A stretch of 64,000 bases of DNA, from IMG/VR virus record IMGVR_UViG_3300006925_000010, positions 15,571-79,570 of that record. One strand, given 5' to 3'. Shown here in pieces: positions 12,501 through 27,500 of the stretch. The DNA comes from a virus. The first letter of the stretch is position 1, and every line of letters starts with the position of its first letter. Made by a program: the position numbers and the translations under genes. The notes below the pieces were generated by a model. That model was not told where the DNA came from. It was given only the letters and a program-made list of their open reading frames with translations, and searched no databases.

Positions 12501-15500
12501 CTTAGAAGTAGACACAGACGGTGACTACAAATTCATAGAGTTATACATTGGTGATGTACTAATAAGTAACTCAAAAAATTCTATATCGTTTGGCGACCAC
12601 GACAACAATTCAGGTACAGCGGATCAAGAATATATCACTGTAAACGGCACAATGTTTACTATTGCCGCCAACGGTGCAAGTATTACATTCCCAGATGTAT
12701 CGAGACTTCCTGATAGTGTTAAAACAACAATTAAAAATCCTCCTACGCAAACACAGGCGGCAGGCAAGCAACAGCAGTTAGTAAAAGTTATACCAACTGG
12801 CTCAGTAATTAAAGTCATTGAAGACCCTACAGTACAACTTGATGCATCGCTGAAATCAGATATATCTGGTGCAAAATTAAATATTAGAGTAACAGCACAA
12901 GACGGTATTGCTGTGAGAATGGGCACCAAACGAAACTATCTGATAACCGAAGATGATAAAAGCGACAACACAATTTTAATTGATATTGATGACGCAACAA
13001 GATTTATTAAAAAGCCAACAGGTGTTAAAGAAAACAATTTATGGCCTGTAACTAAGTTAGTAAATTCTACAGGTATATACGATAACAAATATGCAACTGT
13101 AAGAAATGCTGGTTATGTAAATAGCAGTAATGTTACTTTCCAAGCATTTGATGTTGCAAGTATTCCAGACTTGTATGGAGATGATTTACTACTTACACCT
13201 ACAACAAATGACTTGATTCATGTTGCTAAGAGCGAGAATGCAGACTGGAACGTATATAAGTTAACAAAAACAGATGCATCAGTACATTACTTAGAACGTC
13301 AAGACTCAGGCAAAGTGAATCTTATCACTAACTTCAGTTTATTTAATTATCTCGACACAAACGAAATTGGTCAACCAAACACCGGAAGATACTTAGACTA
13401 TGTGTTGTCCTTAGACAATCCTAACGTTAATAATAATGTTGTTGTATGGACAAACGAAGAAGTTGTTGCTAGAAAAGAATCTAAGATTAAGGATTTTGAA
13501 GCACCACAAATGATACAAGCTCGTATAAAGAGCATAGGTCCAAGAGTAAACAAAACAATTTCAGCAGTTGCTCCACATTTTGGTAAAGCAATTACTGGCA
13601 TTACTTTAACACCTAAGAACGACAGCGACACAGTTGTGGCAACAGGTAATTTAAGCGACCTACAAGAACTTGATGCTTTTGAATTAGTGGACGGTGTAGG
13701 TGTTGTTACTAGAAATCCAGCAACAATATCCGGTCCGACAAACACTGACGAAATAACTGTAGATCCTATTAGGGTTGAAAGCATTGCAATAACCAATGGC
13801 GGTAGTGGCTACACAGCAAGACCAACTGTTTCTATAACAAATAGTGCAGGCGGTGATAATGCAACAGCAGTAGCAGAAATTAGTGGACCTATTACTAATT
13901 CAGTAACTATCGGTAACGCAGGTGCAGGGTATTCCGCAGATAATATCTCAATAGTGTTTAGTCCACCAGAAAATGTAGATGCAACAACAGGATTATCAAA
14001 CGTAGCAACAGCAACAGCCACACTAGGCTCAGACGGAGAAATTACTGCAATTACAGTAACTAATGTAGGTAGTGGCTATACGGCGGCTCCTACAATAACA
14101 GTTTTAGGTGACAGCACTGATAGAGCATTACTAACAGCAACACTAAATGCATCCGTGGATAACATTGTTATCATTAACGGTGGTTCTGGATACAGCTCAG
14201 TAAGTCCAACAGTAGCAATAGCAGGTGGTGGCGGTTCTAGTGCAACAGCAACAGCAACAAAAACTACTGTAGCAACAACTCCTATAGCAAAACTATTTGC
14301 GGCGGCAGGTAACGATGCAACAAAAGTAAAAATTAAATTCCTTGCAGGGATTAAAGACTCATTAGAGTTTGACACATCTAGAACGGAACCAGAACAAGCA
14401 ACACTCGATGCTATACTGTCTGTAAAAGATGAGCCGTTCAAACTAAAAAGTTATAATAATACTACAGGAACATTTGTACTCAAACATTCATCATTTGCAG
14501 TTGCAAATGTATTAACCAATTTAGAAAATATTGGATACGAATCTAAAGTTACAACAACATATACTCCAAGTGGTGCAAACTTCTTTGTAGCGGCAAACAC
14601 TGGATTTAGAAGATTTGAGTTCCAAGACATTACTGCAGGTGCAACAATCGGTTATTCAACTAATGTAACAATAAAGCACTTAAACAAAACTAAACTAACA
14701 GTAACTAATCACTCAATGAGAGTTGGTGATGTTATTAGAGTATTTACAAATACTTTTAGTGGTGCTTACAAAATTGATCTTATAGTTGACGAAAACAATA
14801 TTGTAATTAAGGCTCCATATATTCCAGGATTCAGTTCTGGTTCTGTATACGGAGAAGGCATAGAAATAAAAACAATCGGTGCTCACGGCATATCACCAAT
14901 ATATGCGGCATCAGATAAAACAATTTCTGTTCACTTTGCAGATCCTAAGAGTTATAATAGAAAGTATATAATTGATCACGTTACACCTGAAAGTATTTTC
15001 ATAAGTGGTAGATGGGCACCAGCAACAGGTACTTCAACATATTATGAACACAAAGTTGGAACGGTAACTGGACAAACAGCATACAATGGGTCAAACCAAT
15101 CTACTGCAACAAACATTATTAACGTTACTGATGATTTAAAACTAAGCGAGTCATTATTAACATACACCGGAAACGGTCAGATAGTTCCACCACAGCATGT
15201 AACAACATCAGGAAATAAAGTTTATATACAACCTGCGGCACTTCCAGCAGTAACATCGAGTGCAGTATATCCTCCAGTTGAAATAGCAGTAGTAAGACAA
15301 CGTAGCAGAGACATGAACAGATACCCTCTTGTTACAACAGGTGATTTTGACACAGTTACTATTAACGGAAGCCAAATTAAAATTGATAATATTAATAGTG
15401 CAAGTGCAGTAGAAAGTTCTATAAACAGACACATGAAACTGAAAAGAGAGCATGTTAAAGCAAATCAGTCAGGTATCGAAATAGGCTTTGCTATGCTCAA

Positions 15501-18500
15501 TGATCCTAATACACCACTGTATGACGGTAAAAAAGCAGGGGCATTGGCTAACTATAATCCTTACGTTCATGATCCAGAACTTATTGCTAAATTAAGTAAC
15601 GGTGAACTAACGGTTGAAAGAGAAATAGAGTACCAAGCAACCGGCGAAGAAGACATAGATTATAACTTTAATAAAGGACCTGATAACCGCGGTCCTGTAT
15701 TTGGCTTAACATATACTGACCAGGATACAAATATATATTATGTTTGGAATCCTACAAGATCAAAATATATACCATACACAAATTTAGAAGGTGGAACAGA
15801 ACCTAATAGGGAAGAAACACCAAGACCAATGCCTAGTAATCATGTAACAGTTCCTTCTGGTGCTACAATATATGGACCATGGCAACCGTCTGTTTCGTTC
15901 ACAATCAGCGATAATCCTTTAGAAAACATTGCTTATATAAAAGATACAGTTGTTTCTAAGGATGGTAAAGTATACAAAGCAACAGCAGATATTACATTTA
16001 GTAATAACATGGTATTTGAACCAGCACGTTGGACAGAAGTTGTAGGTAATAAGACATCTAACGATCCTGAAACATTCTTTGCAGATGATTATGAAGCAAG
16101 TATTGACCACTTGATACCAAAACTAATTCCTGGAACTGCAACAACAGTAGGTAGTGCGCCAGGTGTCAAACGTACAGTATACAACATGGAAGCAACACAA
16201 ACTAAGACGTTGGCTGATTCAAGTACTGTTACACTTCCAATGTTTAGACTGCATCCTAGCAGTGAAAACATATTCGAAGTTTATCAACTAGTTCAAAACG
16301 ACGGTGCCGGTAGTGCAAACGGTCCTGTGTATTATATATTATTAGACAAAGTAAATCCAGAACTAGTAAATGCAGAAATAGATTACAATGCAACAGTAAA
16401 TGAATACAGCAGTTTTGGTAACTATAAAAAAACAGAATACTACTATGTAAATGAGATTATTCCTACAGTCGATGCAAATTTAAGAATTACAAATGCAAAT
16501 GATCCTATAAGACTTGAAAGCACACTTAATGTAGTTTCATTGCCACCAGTTGAACCAGCGACTTTTGTTGGATTACAATTTGTCGAAGAGCCTTTTGCTG
16601 TAAGTGGCGGCAATAGTTCAGATGCAATAGCAAATTTACAAAGCATACCAGAACTAAGTATAGAAGGAAATAATGTTGTAGTTAACAGTACTGGATTTAA
16701 TAATTATCTTATGTGGACACCTGGACTAGGTCCAAGACAATGGAGACCAAATGCTGAAGGGCCTGGCTTCTTACCAGGAGTTAACGGTAACGATACACAC
16801 TTTGGATATGGCAGAGGATATTACAGTCTCAATGACACACATTTGCCAGCAGACTATCCAGATATTGCATCATACTATCAAGAAGGTAGAACAGCATACA
16901 ATGGCGTAATGCCTAGGTTTATGTACAGTAAGAAATTTACTGTGTCGCCTATTGCAGTAAATCATCCAGTAGAAACATTCACAGATGCAGAAGGTAATAT
17001 TATTTCTCATGCAGAAGCAGACATTCTGGGACTAGACGGTGTAGTAACACAACCAACTTATGTTCCTTCAACTGATGAGGATACAGGAAACACAGGCCTT
17101 AGACCAGAAGAAGTATTTGTTGCTTGTTTCTGGACAGAAGAATTCATATACGAAGATCAGTTAACAGGAGTTGATTATAACACAACATCTGCAAACGGTC
17201 AACCAACTCCAACTTACAGTAATTATACTGGAACAGTAGTAAGGGTAAAATATATTAGACTTACAGAGTTACCTGCAAATGCATTTACACAAAGATTAAT
17301 ACCTGATACAGGTTGGGCAGGAAGAGGATGGAACAATCTAGTTTCAGATAGTTTACCAGAACAAATAAACGAAGATAACATATTTGATTACTTTAATCCT
17401 GTGCCTACCGTAGGTGGCGCCACTGACAGTGACGACCCAGAAGTAACTATTGTTCTAGGGTTAGGTGACGGCGAAACAGCAGAAGATTCAGTTGCAATAA
17501 CTAATACAGGACAATTAGCACCAGATAAAAAAGTTGCACATACAGTACCAGCAACACAACTTGGACCTATTCTAAACGGGGATTTCTTTAACGGATTGCC
17601 AGGACCGTGTGCAACATTACCTCTATTAACTCCACCAGACGAGGATACTAGAGCATGTGATGACGTTCCTAATATACACGAATATCTTGCTATAGATAAC
17701 TATAGTGCTCAGTTACGAGGCAATGATGTTACAGTAACAGAAGAAGAAGCAATCGAAGTAGGGTTAGATCAAAGTGGAGAAGTAACATATAATGACAACA
17801 TGTCATTCGATTACTCCAGAGGATTAAGCTCAGGTACATTTGCAGATACATACGATAATGCAAACTGGCAATTTGTGAATGTTAAAGTTTCAGGTTCACA
17901 TCCATTGAGAGTATTCTTTGATTCCTTAGAAGGAGATTTAAAACACTTAGGTATAGTAGTAGTACAAAATAGTGAACCGTACTTTAGTGAACTTGGCGGA
18001 AAAGCAGACCTAATTGGAAATTGGGTTAGATCAAGTAGTTCTAATAATAGACCACAAAAAGAAATAGACTGGTGGGCAAATGCTAGAGTTGTTGAGAGTA
18101 CGTTAGTATCTGGTCAACCAATAGGAACAAGAGGTGATCAGGTTGCACAATACGGTGCGAATTCTATTGGTGCTGATAATAAGAAACGTGATAGTGTAGT
18201 AGATAGTTTGATAATCAGTCAGGACGATCATAGAAACTTATTAGAAAAAGATTTTGATAGTAGTTCTAATAAGCCGATTAACTCAAATGAACATAGAGTA
18301 AGTGCCAATCATATACATACTCAAACAGGCCCATTTAGTGAACCAATAGAAGAGGATACCACTCTTAGTTATTCCGATGAAGGAGCCAATGCTACACGTT
18401 GGTTAGTAAATGATATTGGTGTTCGAGGAATAGGATTTATTGGATCACAGGTTAATTGTGCATTAGGAGAATACGTTACTGTGTTCTTTAGACCAGATGA

Positions 18501-21500
18501 CAGCATAACAAGATCAGATTTAGGAACTAAATTACAATGGCAAGCAGTAATAGACTTCCATGGTGCAGTTGTTGATGGCTCTGAGTTAGGTGCCCCAGTA
18601 CCACCATGTTTAGAAGGCCACAGTACTGCTTATGCTCAAGGAGCCAGGAGAAGATCATGGAGAGGCAGAAACAGTTGGGGTTACTTTGGACAACATAGAT
18701 CTAGCAGAGAAAGATTTGATCCTAACAAAACAAGCCAACGTAAGTGTCACTTAGATAATATTTATTTCCCGTATGGAAAATTACCTCAGCCTTATAACTC
18801 AAATGCATACACAGAGATGGCAGATGCTAACTGGGGTTCGTGGACAACATGTCATAATGATAATAAATTTGCAGGCTGGAGAGAAAACCAAGAGTTAGCA
18901 CAACGAACTATACTTTCATTGAATAAAACAACTTTAAATACTTATTCAACAGATGAGATTAAGGGTTACTTTAAAGCACCATATACTGGTAGATACCAGG
19001 TAAACGGTTACAGTGATGACGGTATATGGGTATGGATATCAAGTGAATATACAAATACAACATACGCTGGCAAACCAGTTAGAAGAGGAGTCGACGACTT
19101 AGCAGGAATAGATGGTGACACCAGACACGAATACTTTAAGGAAGATGGTTTTAGAGCTCAAGACAAATATAACTACCACAGAGATAATTGCTTATTGAGA
19201 ACTGGTTGGTTAACAACTGACGATAATGTGAAGACTAACAAGCCTGGTGTACGATATGTAGACATGGAAGCAGGCAAGTACTACTTCATGAGAATTATAA
19301 CAGGTAATAATAAAGGTCCTGGTTACTACGATGCAACATGGACATGTAGAACTAATGTTTCAAACTTTACATTAACACAACAAGAGGCTGATGAAGGAAA
19401 TCATCAATACACAAATGGTTCTGTAAAGACAGGCAGATTTACATTCACCGGTAGAATATGCAATGTAGAGAATCCTGCAACAGGTTCATCAAATTCATCA
19501 AATTATGGTGGTAATGATAACCAAAACACTAATACAAGCGATGGTGTAAATGGCGAAGGCAATACAGGAGCCACTGGAGTAGGCGGTGGATGGTATAATA
19601 GATATTCACAGTTTGCTACTGACACCCAAGCAAGAAGATATGAAGCACTGGCAAGACAACAGGGCATATTTGATCAAAGAACATCAGCATTCACAGGCGC
19701 ACAAATCCAAGCATGGAACGACGTAGGTGTTGCATGTCCTCCAGGAGCATCAGGCTCACAATGCGACCGTTCAACATCAGTTAGCGGTAGTTCTGATACG
19801 CCAGGAGTTGCACCAGGATATGTAGGTAACTATGGGCAAATAGACGGAGAATGGATTACTTTGCCAGATGGTCAAAGAGTTTGGATTCCTCGTACAGATA
19901 TCTATGAGAACATCAATCTAAATATAGGAAGTGTCTTTAACACAACAACACCAGGGCAACGATTCTTAACAGGATTTAATTTCTTACCTTATAGTATGAA
20001 ACTACCTGTTAAAGCACCACTACTAGATACTAATAGTTACGCATTCAGCGAAGGCGATCTTAGCCAGTCTGTAGCAATAAGCGGACAAGCACAAAGAGTA
20101 AGTGGCGGATTAGTTATACCTTTTGCTAAAAAGTTAACTCCAGTAAGTAGACAAACTTATGTGTTAAAGTCTGAGGAATCGTCAAGCGAACCGTGGGCAA
20201 AGAATTTAGAAAATAATAAAGATATTAACAAAACAACAAAGTATGTTAAGTATACTCCTAAAAAAATAGGCAGTACTGTTACAATTGGTGGAACAACAAT
20301 AAACAATGTTACAAGTTCGGGTGCCGGGGATTATTGGAACAAGACAAATAATAATACAACAACAGAATATACTGGACCTGCATACAGCGAGCCAGATGTT
20401 AATACACAAACTGACAGCGGCAGTACAGAAACAGTCAATAATGCTAGTACTAATGATTCGAACACTATGGCAACGCAAAGACAAGAACTGGCAATAGCAG
20501 ATGTTAACGATATCATCTACAACCAGATGCCAGTTATATCAATAGTTCCTAGACAACTAGATAATAACGGTAATTTTTATAATGGCGGTCCTACAGCAGA
20601 AGTATACCTCAGACAACCAACTCCAGAAGTTGACATTGACATAAATGACCTAATCGGAATTACAGACGGAACTGAGCTGTTGGTTAACGGCAGAAGAATT
20701 GTTAAACGTGGAACATCAGGAATAGATATTAAGACACAAATTAATTGTGCAAACATGGGTGTAAGTGCTGAAATAAACGAAGACACTAATACACTAACAT
20801 TGATTAGTTGTAGTTCAAACCCAATGACTTTTGGTAACGGTTGCGGTGGCGGAACATTTAAACAAGTAGGTGACTTCCATGTTAATAGAGGTTTTGATCA
20901 AAGCAAAACTACCTCAGAAAGTTTTATTGCTCCATTTATAGGACCAAACACAGACTTGTACAAAACAGGTTCAGGTAATGCCACAGTTGCTATAGGCGGT
21001 GGTGGTGCAGGTGGTATTCCTGGTTTATCTGAAAGTATAAATGACTATAGACGTAAGCCAGATGGCAACTTAGAAAAATTCTTTAGACAACCTTCTGGAT
21101 TGCCAGATGTTTACGAACTGCCTGCAAGAGTACCAATGGAAACCACAAACAAGAGTACTGGCGGTAGTAACTATAGAGTAGGCGATAGATTGAGATTAAT
21201 AGGTGGTACACCTGAATCAGGTTTGTTAGGACCTCTTAACTCAGAAGTATGTATAGAATCAGCAGGTTCAGGATATACAAATCCTGCAAACCTAACAGTT
21301 ATATTCAATGAAAGCACAACCACACCAGGTGTAGGTGGTGCGGCTACAGTAACAGAACTAGACGAGAATGGCGGTATCGCAAATGTTGTAGTAATTAACC
21401 AAGGGGCGGCATATGATCCAAACAATCCGCCTACACTTACAATTCATGATACAAGTCCTTTACCTACTATAATTGATGTTAATGCAGGGTGGACTTCTAA

Positions 21501-24500
21501 TATCACATTAACAGCAGGACAAGTAGCGGCTATAACAGAATCAATTCCAGTATCAAATGCTAATGGCACAAACTCAGACGATGTTGTAATTAACAAAAGA
21601 TTTGTTAGAGCAATTGGTACATACGCAATGGGAGCCGAACAATCATATACAGTTGCATCATCTGATGTGAGCATTGTATCCGACGATTCAATGACTGACT
21701 CTGTTAAAATTACATTGCCTATAACAACAAATCATATTAGACCAGACAGTTATGTTAAACTAAAATACTACCCTGGATCAACACTAGACGATTATTATAT
21801 ATCAGTAAACGGTGCTGTAACTAGTTCTACTACTTTTGTATTAGACTCACTAAACGATGCTGGTGGACAACTGTTTATTAAAACAGGACAAGTTGTGTCT
21901 TATAACAATTCCGGTACTATGACAATACTTGGTTATGTAACTAATGTTAATACAAGTACTAAAACTGTAACATTAGACACAGCCGTTACATTAACTGATG
22001 ATCAAACATTATACTTTGTAGATCCGCAAGAAAAACTATATTATATACCTAAGAAAACTGCTGGCGGTATTGAAACAGTAACTAACTCATACTTTGTTAT
22101 TCAAAATTCAGCATTTAAAAACAGTAACTTTGTTACAAATTTATTTGGTGCTGGAGCAACAATAACTATTACAGGTAGGACACCATGGTATGAAAACTAT
22201 AATGCTAATGGTAATCTTGTTGATACTATAGATCCATTTACACCTAAAAATAAAGCAAAACTTAGCATTGCAGTAGGCGACCCTACTGATAGAAGAAACG
22301 ACGGACCGCTGAGAGTTGCTAAATTTATTGTTACAGATGTTAATGACACAGGTGGCATCACAGGTATTAAAATTATTGACAGAGGATTATATAAAGAATT
22401 CCCAACAGACCTCACAATGGGTATTCCTTTAGAATATGACTATGCATTACAGGGTGCAATGAGAATTAATACAGATATACCAGTAGCCGAGCAACCTGGA
22501 CAAATACTAAACGAACAAAAGAATACATTAGGGTACGGTGATCCAAGTCACCCAGAGTTAGCATTATATGGTGGAGAACATCCAGAGTACCAGTATACAC
22601 CATTTAAATCAACAGAGGCTTTATCACAACGATTTGCAGGCGAATGGTTAGATGCTGACGAGCAGAGAAAATTAAATGAATTATCTGCAAAACAAAACGC
22701 TGGAATACAGTTATCAGATAATGATAGACAACTATTAGATGTATTATTAGCAAAATTAGTAGACAATTTAGGATACGAACAGGGATATAAACACCCTGAC
22801 TTTGAAGCATACCCAGAATTTATTTGGGATGGCGCACACTTCCAACCTTACTCGGGTACACCTGGTGCTTATGATCCAACAACATTTATATGCATAGACC
22901 TTAGAAGTGCAGACCCAGGACAATACAAAGATGATCCAAGTGGTTGGGCTAAACTACAATTTAATTTAGGTAACTTAATTTTAAAAACAAAGATTGTAGA
23001 AACAGATCCTAAAAAATATAACTTTGGTAGATATAATCCTAATGAAACAGCAGGTGGTAGTGGTGCTAGAGTTTTCCTAACAGCACAAGAAATTCCTAAC
23101 TGTACGGAACGAGGTACAGCAAAAGATCAACTAGGACTACCAGATGAAGTAGATCAGATTATTGCTCCTAAATCATTAGCAAGAAACATTAATAATGGAC
23201 TAAGAGGTGCAGGTTATCTTCCAGACGAGGCAAGAGCAGAATTCAATCCTAAAGGTAACATAGGCGAATTTAAGTTAATATCACCTCAATTCGATGGATT
23301 CAAAATTGATTCACCTAACCCAGGAACATTAGAAAAAATAGGTTTCCCAATCGGTGATTATAATAATGGCATGTTATGTATAACGGCACAACTAGAAAAA
23401 GACGATGGCACTAGATATACTGAAGCCGAAGCATTAGCAGACATACAACGACTATATGATACTAACGATGACTTAGGGTTATTAACAGCAACAGAATTAA
23501 AAGCCAGATTCCCAAGTTATGATGATGGTAGTCTCGACAATGCAAGTGTACTAACAATAGTATGTGCTGAAGTTATACAGCCGCCTTTAAGAGTTAATCC
23601 ATTCGACAAATACGGAAAAGGCAAAATGGGTCCATTTGATGTATTAAGTCCAGGTAACCCAAATGCATTTGGATTAAACGATAACAATAGTATATTCGGT
23701 GATGGCACAATGGATGTGACCAGAGAAGTATTTGCATATAGCATTTCAGATATGTTTGGTGGCAATGTTACTTTAAAAGGTGTTAAGTCACAGAATTCAC
23801 CAATTAATATATTTGCTAGTAAAAGATTTAATGCAAGGAACACAATTGACGAACTCAGTGTCATAGCAACAAATACATCAGCAGTACCAGGATTAACATC
23901 TGAAGCAAATGCATGGGTTGATAGTTATACAAATACAAGACAAGCAATAATAGATAACGAGGCAGGTGTTACTGATTATACTAATACTGTATATAGTATG
24001 CCAGACTTTGTAGATGGTGGTTGGGCATATTTAGAAAACGGTGTTCCACAGAGATGGCAGACACCATTAGTAGATGTTCACTTTATTAATAATGCACTAG
24101 TTTATAATCCAGAGACTGGTGACAAGATATCTAATTTAGATTTTTGGGACCCGTTCAAAGGAATATTACCAGGCTATATACAGAATGAAATATCATTTAT
24201 CAGCGAACACGATCCTGTAAGTTATAACAATGCAAGAACTAACTTTGGCAGAAGTAATGTTGGTAAAGTTTGGTGGGACACTAGTACAATAAGATATAAC
24301 TGGTATGAGCAAGGAACTGATCAAGAAAGAAATGCTCGTTGGGGTTCTGCGTTCCCAGGTAGTCAAGTCACAGTTTGCGAATGGATAGAAAGCAAAGCAA
24401 AACCTAGTAATTGGTCTGGCAACGGAACACCACGTTGGTCTAACAAGTTTGTAACTGAAAGAAGATTAGATCCTAAAACAAATGAATATGTAATGTACTA

Positions 24501-27500
24501 TTACTATTGGATTATGAACAGAACTATACTTGATAATAAAATAAAGAGATCTCAAGGTAGACAGTTAGACACTAGGACTATTGCAAGGTATATTTCTGAT
24601 CCAGTAGGATACGGTTTAGACATGATAAGTTTTGCTAGTGATAAGAGCATACTGTTACATAACATCTCAGATATCAAAGAAGAAGAATCTCATTTACAAG
24701 TTAATCTAAGTAGAAACTTGAATCCTGAAGGTATTTCACATACTGCATGGAAACTCATGAGAGAAGGAGATTCTAGCAGTACAGTACCAGAACATCTAAG
24801 TGATAAATTGATTGATAGTTTGTGTGGAGAAAATGCAGAAGCATCACCAGTACCTGATCCTAAACTTAGCGAAGTAGAGAAATATGGTATTCAATTTAGA
24901 CCAAGACAAACTATGTTCAATGATGTTAAGTCTGCAAGACGTATTATGGTTAGTGTACTAAACAGAATTCTAAGCAACATTAGAGTTAATTCAGCATACT
25001 CAGGATGGGATAAAACATTACCAACTGCAAGAGCATACTTAACAACCACAGACTGGTTTGCAGTAAGCAGAATAGATGCGGTAACAAACGAGTCAGTTAG
25101 ATTCAACGATTCCATCAAGCCAGTATTTAATGTAACAAGTGTATCTGAGCTTAGTGGGTTAAAAGATATTAAAGACGGAACTGTAGTACAAGTTAAGAGT
25201 AATCAAAATGATACTTCACAACTTTGGATGTACGATGCACCTACTAAGAAGTTTAAATTAGTAAGTGTTGTAAACGATACAGTTCAGTTGCCTAAGACAG
25301 TTTATACAGATAATACCAATCCAACATTGAGCAGTGAATTAAGATTAATACTTATTGCATTACGAGACAATGTATTTAATAATACATCACATTGGAACGA
25401 ATTGTTCTTTGAAATGATGAAACATGCATACATGGAGCAAAAACAATTAAGTTGGGCATTTAAAACTTCTTACTTATATATTGAGAAAGAAGAAAACGAT
25501 CTAACAAACTTAAATGGATTTAAAGCAGACAACTTCCAGAAAGTTCTAGACTACATGAACGAAGTTAAACCGTTTAGTGCAAAAGTCAGAGAGTACAAAG
25601 ACGGTAAGAAGGCTCCTATAGATGTTATAGGACAAAACAATATAAGTGACTACGATAAGCCACCGTTTGTTGATTTAGTATCAGGAACTGTTAGAATACT
25701 AGATGAGAATGTAGAATTAGATACATGGATTATGTCTAACTCTAAACAATACATTGATTATGTAACAGCAACCAAAGATGGCTTACAAACAAGTGATCCT
25801 GTTAGACGTGCAAATACAACAATTAGTTTCGATAGAACAAACTATCTATTAACAGAAAGTGCATGGGACGTTGCAAATGTATCTCTAGAATCTAGTATAG
25901 GTTATAACATTGCTAACTTGTCTGTACAAACAAAACAACAAGTATCAGCAAATGCAAGTGTTAGAGCCGCAGACAAACTATTTAAGTTTGATGCAGAAGT
26001 ACAAGCACAATTTATTGCAGAAGTTAATACATATTACAATGATGTAACAGCCGCTAGAAACACAGAAATAGTTGGCAACGGTACTGTAATGGCAGGACTT
26101 GTTACTAGTGGACAACTTAAAAACACATTAGCACTTATTAAAGAAAAAGTAGGTGGCAACTTTAGAGGTGAAACTTTAGATGCTACTAAGTTCTCAAGCA
26201 TTGTTGATCAAGCAGATTACATGAGTGCTATACAATCAGACTTTGGTTTCGACTCAGACTTGTTTGACGAAAATACAGATAACGACGATACTGTATTTAC
26301 AGACAGCAGAGACTTAACAAATTATGGACCAGTAACAACATACGGCATAGGCGACACCAAATGGGACGATGTGAAACAAGTTGTTAACTATGAGGGTGTA
26401 TTTGATTCAAACGCAAACCCTGTAACACTTAGAAGAAGTGGTGATTCATATGATGGATTTGACGGAGTAACATTCCAGAGAGTAGCATACGGTGAAGAAA
26501 GACCTGAAGAACTTGCATTGCTTGATCCTTTAGAAAGTGTAATATTTACAGTTACAACTTCAGACTTCTCAAGAGGAGAAGCAGGAAACGTTAGTGTATT
26601 TGATGACTTAGATACTGGTAATGCATCGTTGTTCCATTCAACAGCATCATTAACTGAAGATAATACAAGTGTTGCAATTATTAATGCAGGTATTGGTTAT
26701 AAATCACCAACTGTAACAATAACAGATGCATATGGTAACAACCCTACAACAACAGCAGTAGCAACAGCAAGTGCCAACGCACAAGGTAGTATAACTGCTA
26801 TAACAGTTTCAAATGGTGGTGCTGGGTACACAGAAATTAATTTAGCATTAACAGAAACATTAACTGAACAAACAAGTGCAGAGGCATTAGTGGACTCTAA
26901 TACACTTTCACTAACAAGTGTTGCAAATGTATTAGTTGGACAAATAGTTACAGTTAATAATATTGACATAAGCGAAGTTGCAAGTATTAATGGTACTACA
27001 GTAACATTAAACAGTCACTTGACAAGTGATATTGCAAGTGGAACAACTGTTACGTTTAGAGGACAAGACTTTGCTTATCAGTTAAATAATTTAGTTATTA
27101 CTTCAACTGCTGGTGTTGACCCAGATGATGCTGATAACTTCTTTGCAGTTGATAATGTAGATGGTTGGGATTCAGCAACTGGCTTAGGACAAGCAGGTTC
27201 ATTTGATACTGCTTTAACAGTAGTCCAAGAAAGACTGACAACAAAAGTGTCTCCTAATGCAAGAGAAGTCACATACAGAATGCATCATAGTTTATTTGGT
27301 GATGTAGACTACTTGCGTATAAGCGGAGAGGCAACTACAAAAATTACTAAGAAAATGACACTATCATCAACATCAATCACAGTAGACGATGCAAGTTTCT
27401 TACCAAACCCAACATCAATAGTACCTGGTAGTATATGGGTCGGAGATGAAAGAATACAATACGGTAGAAGAAGTGGTAAAGTATTGAGTGCTTTGACAAG

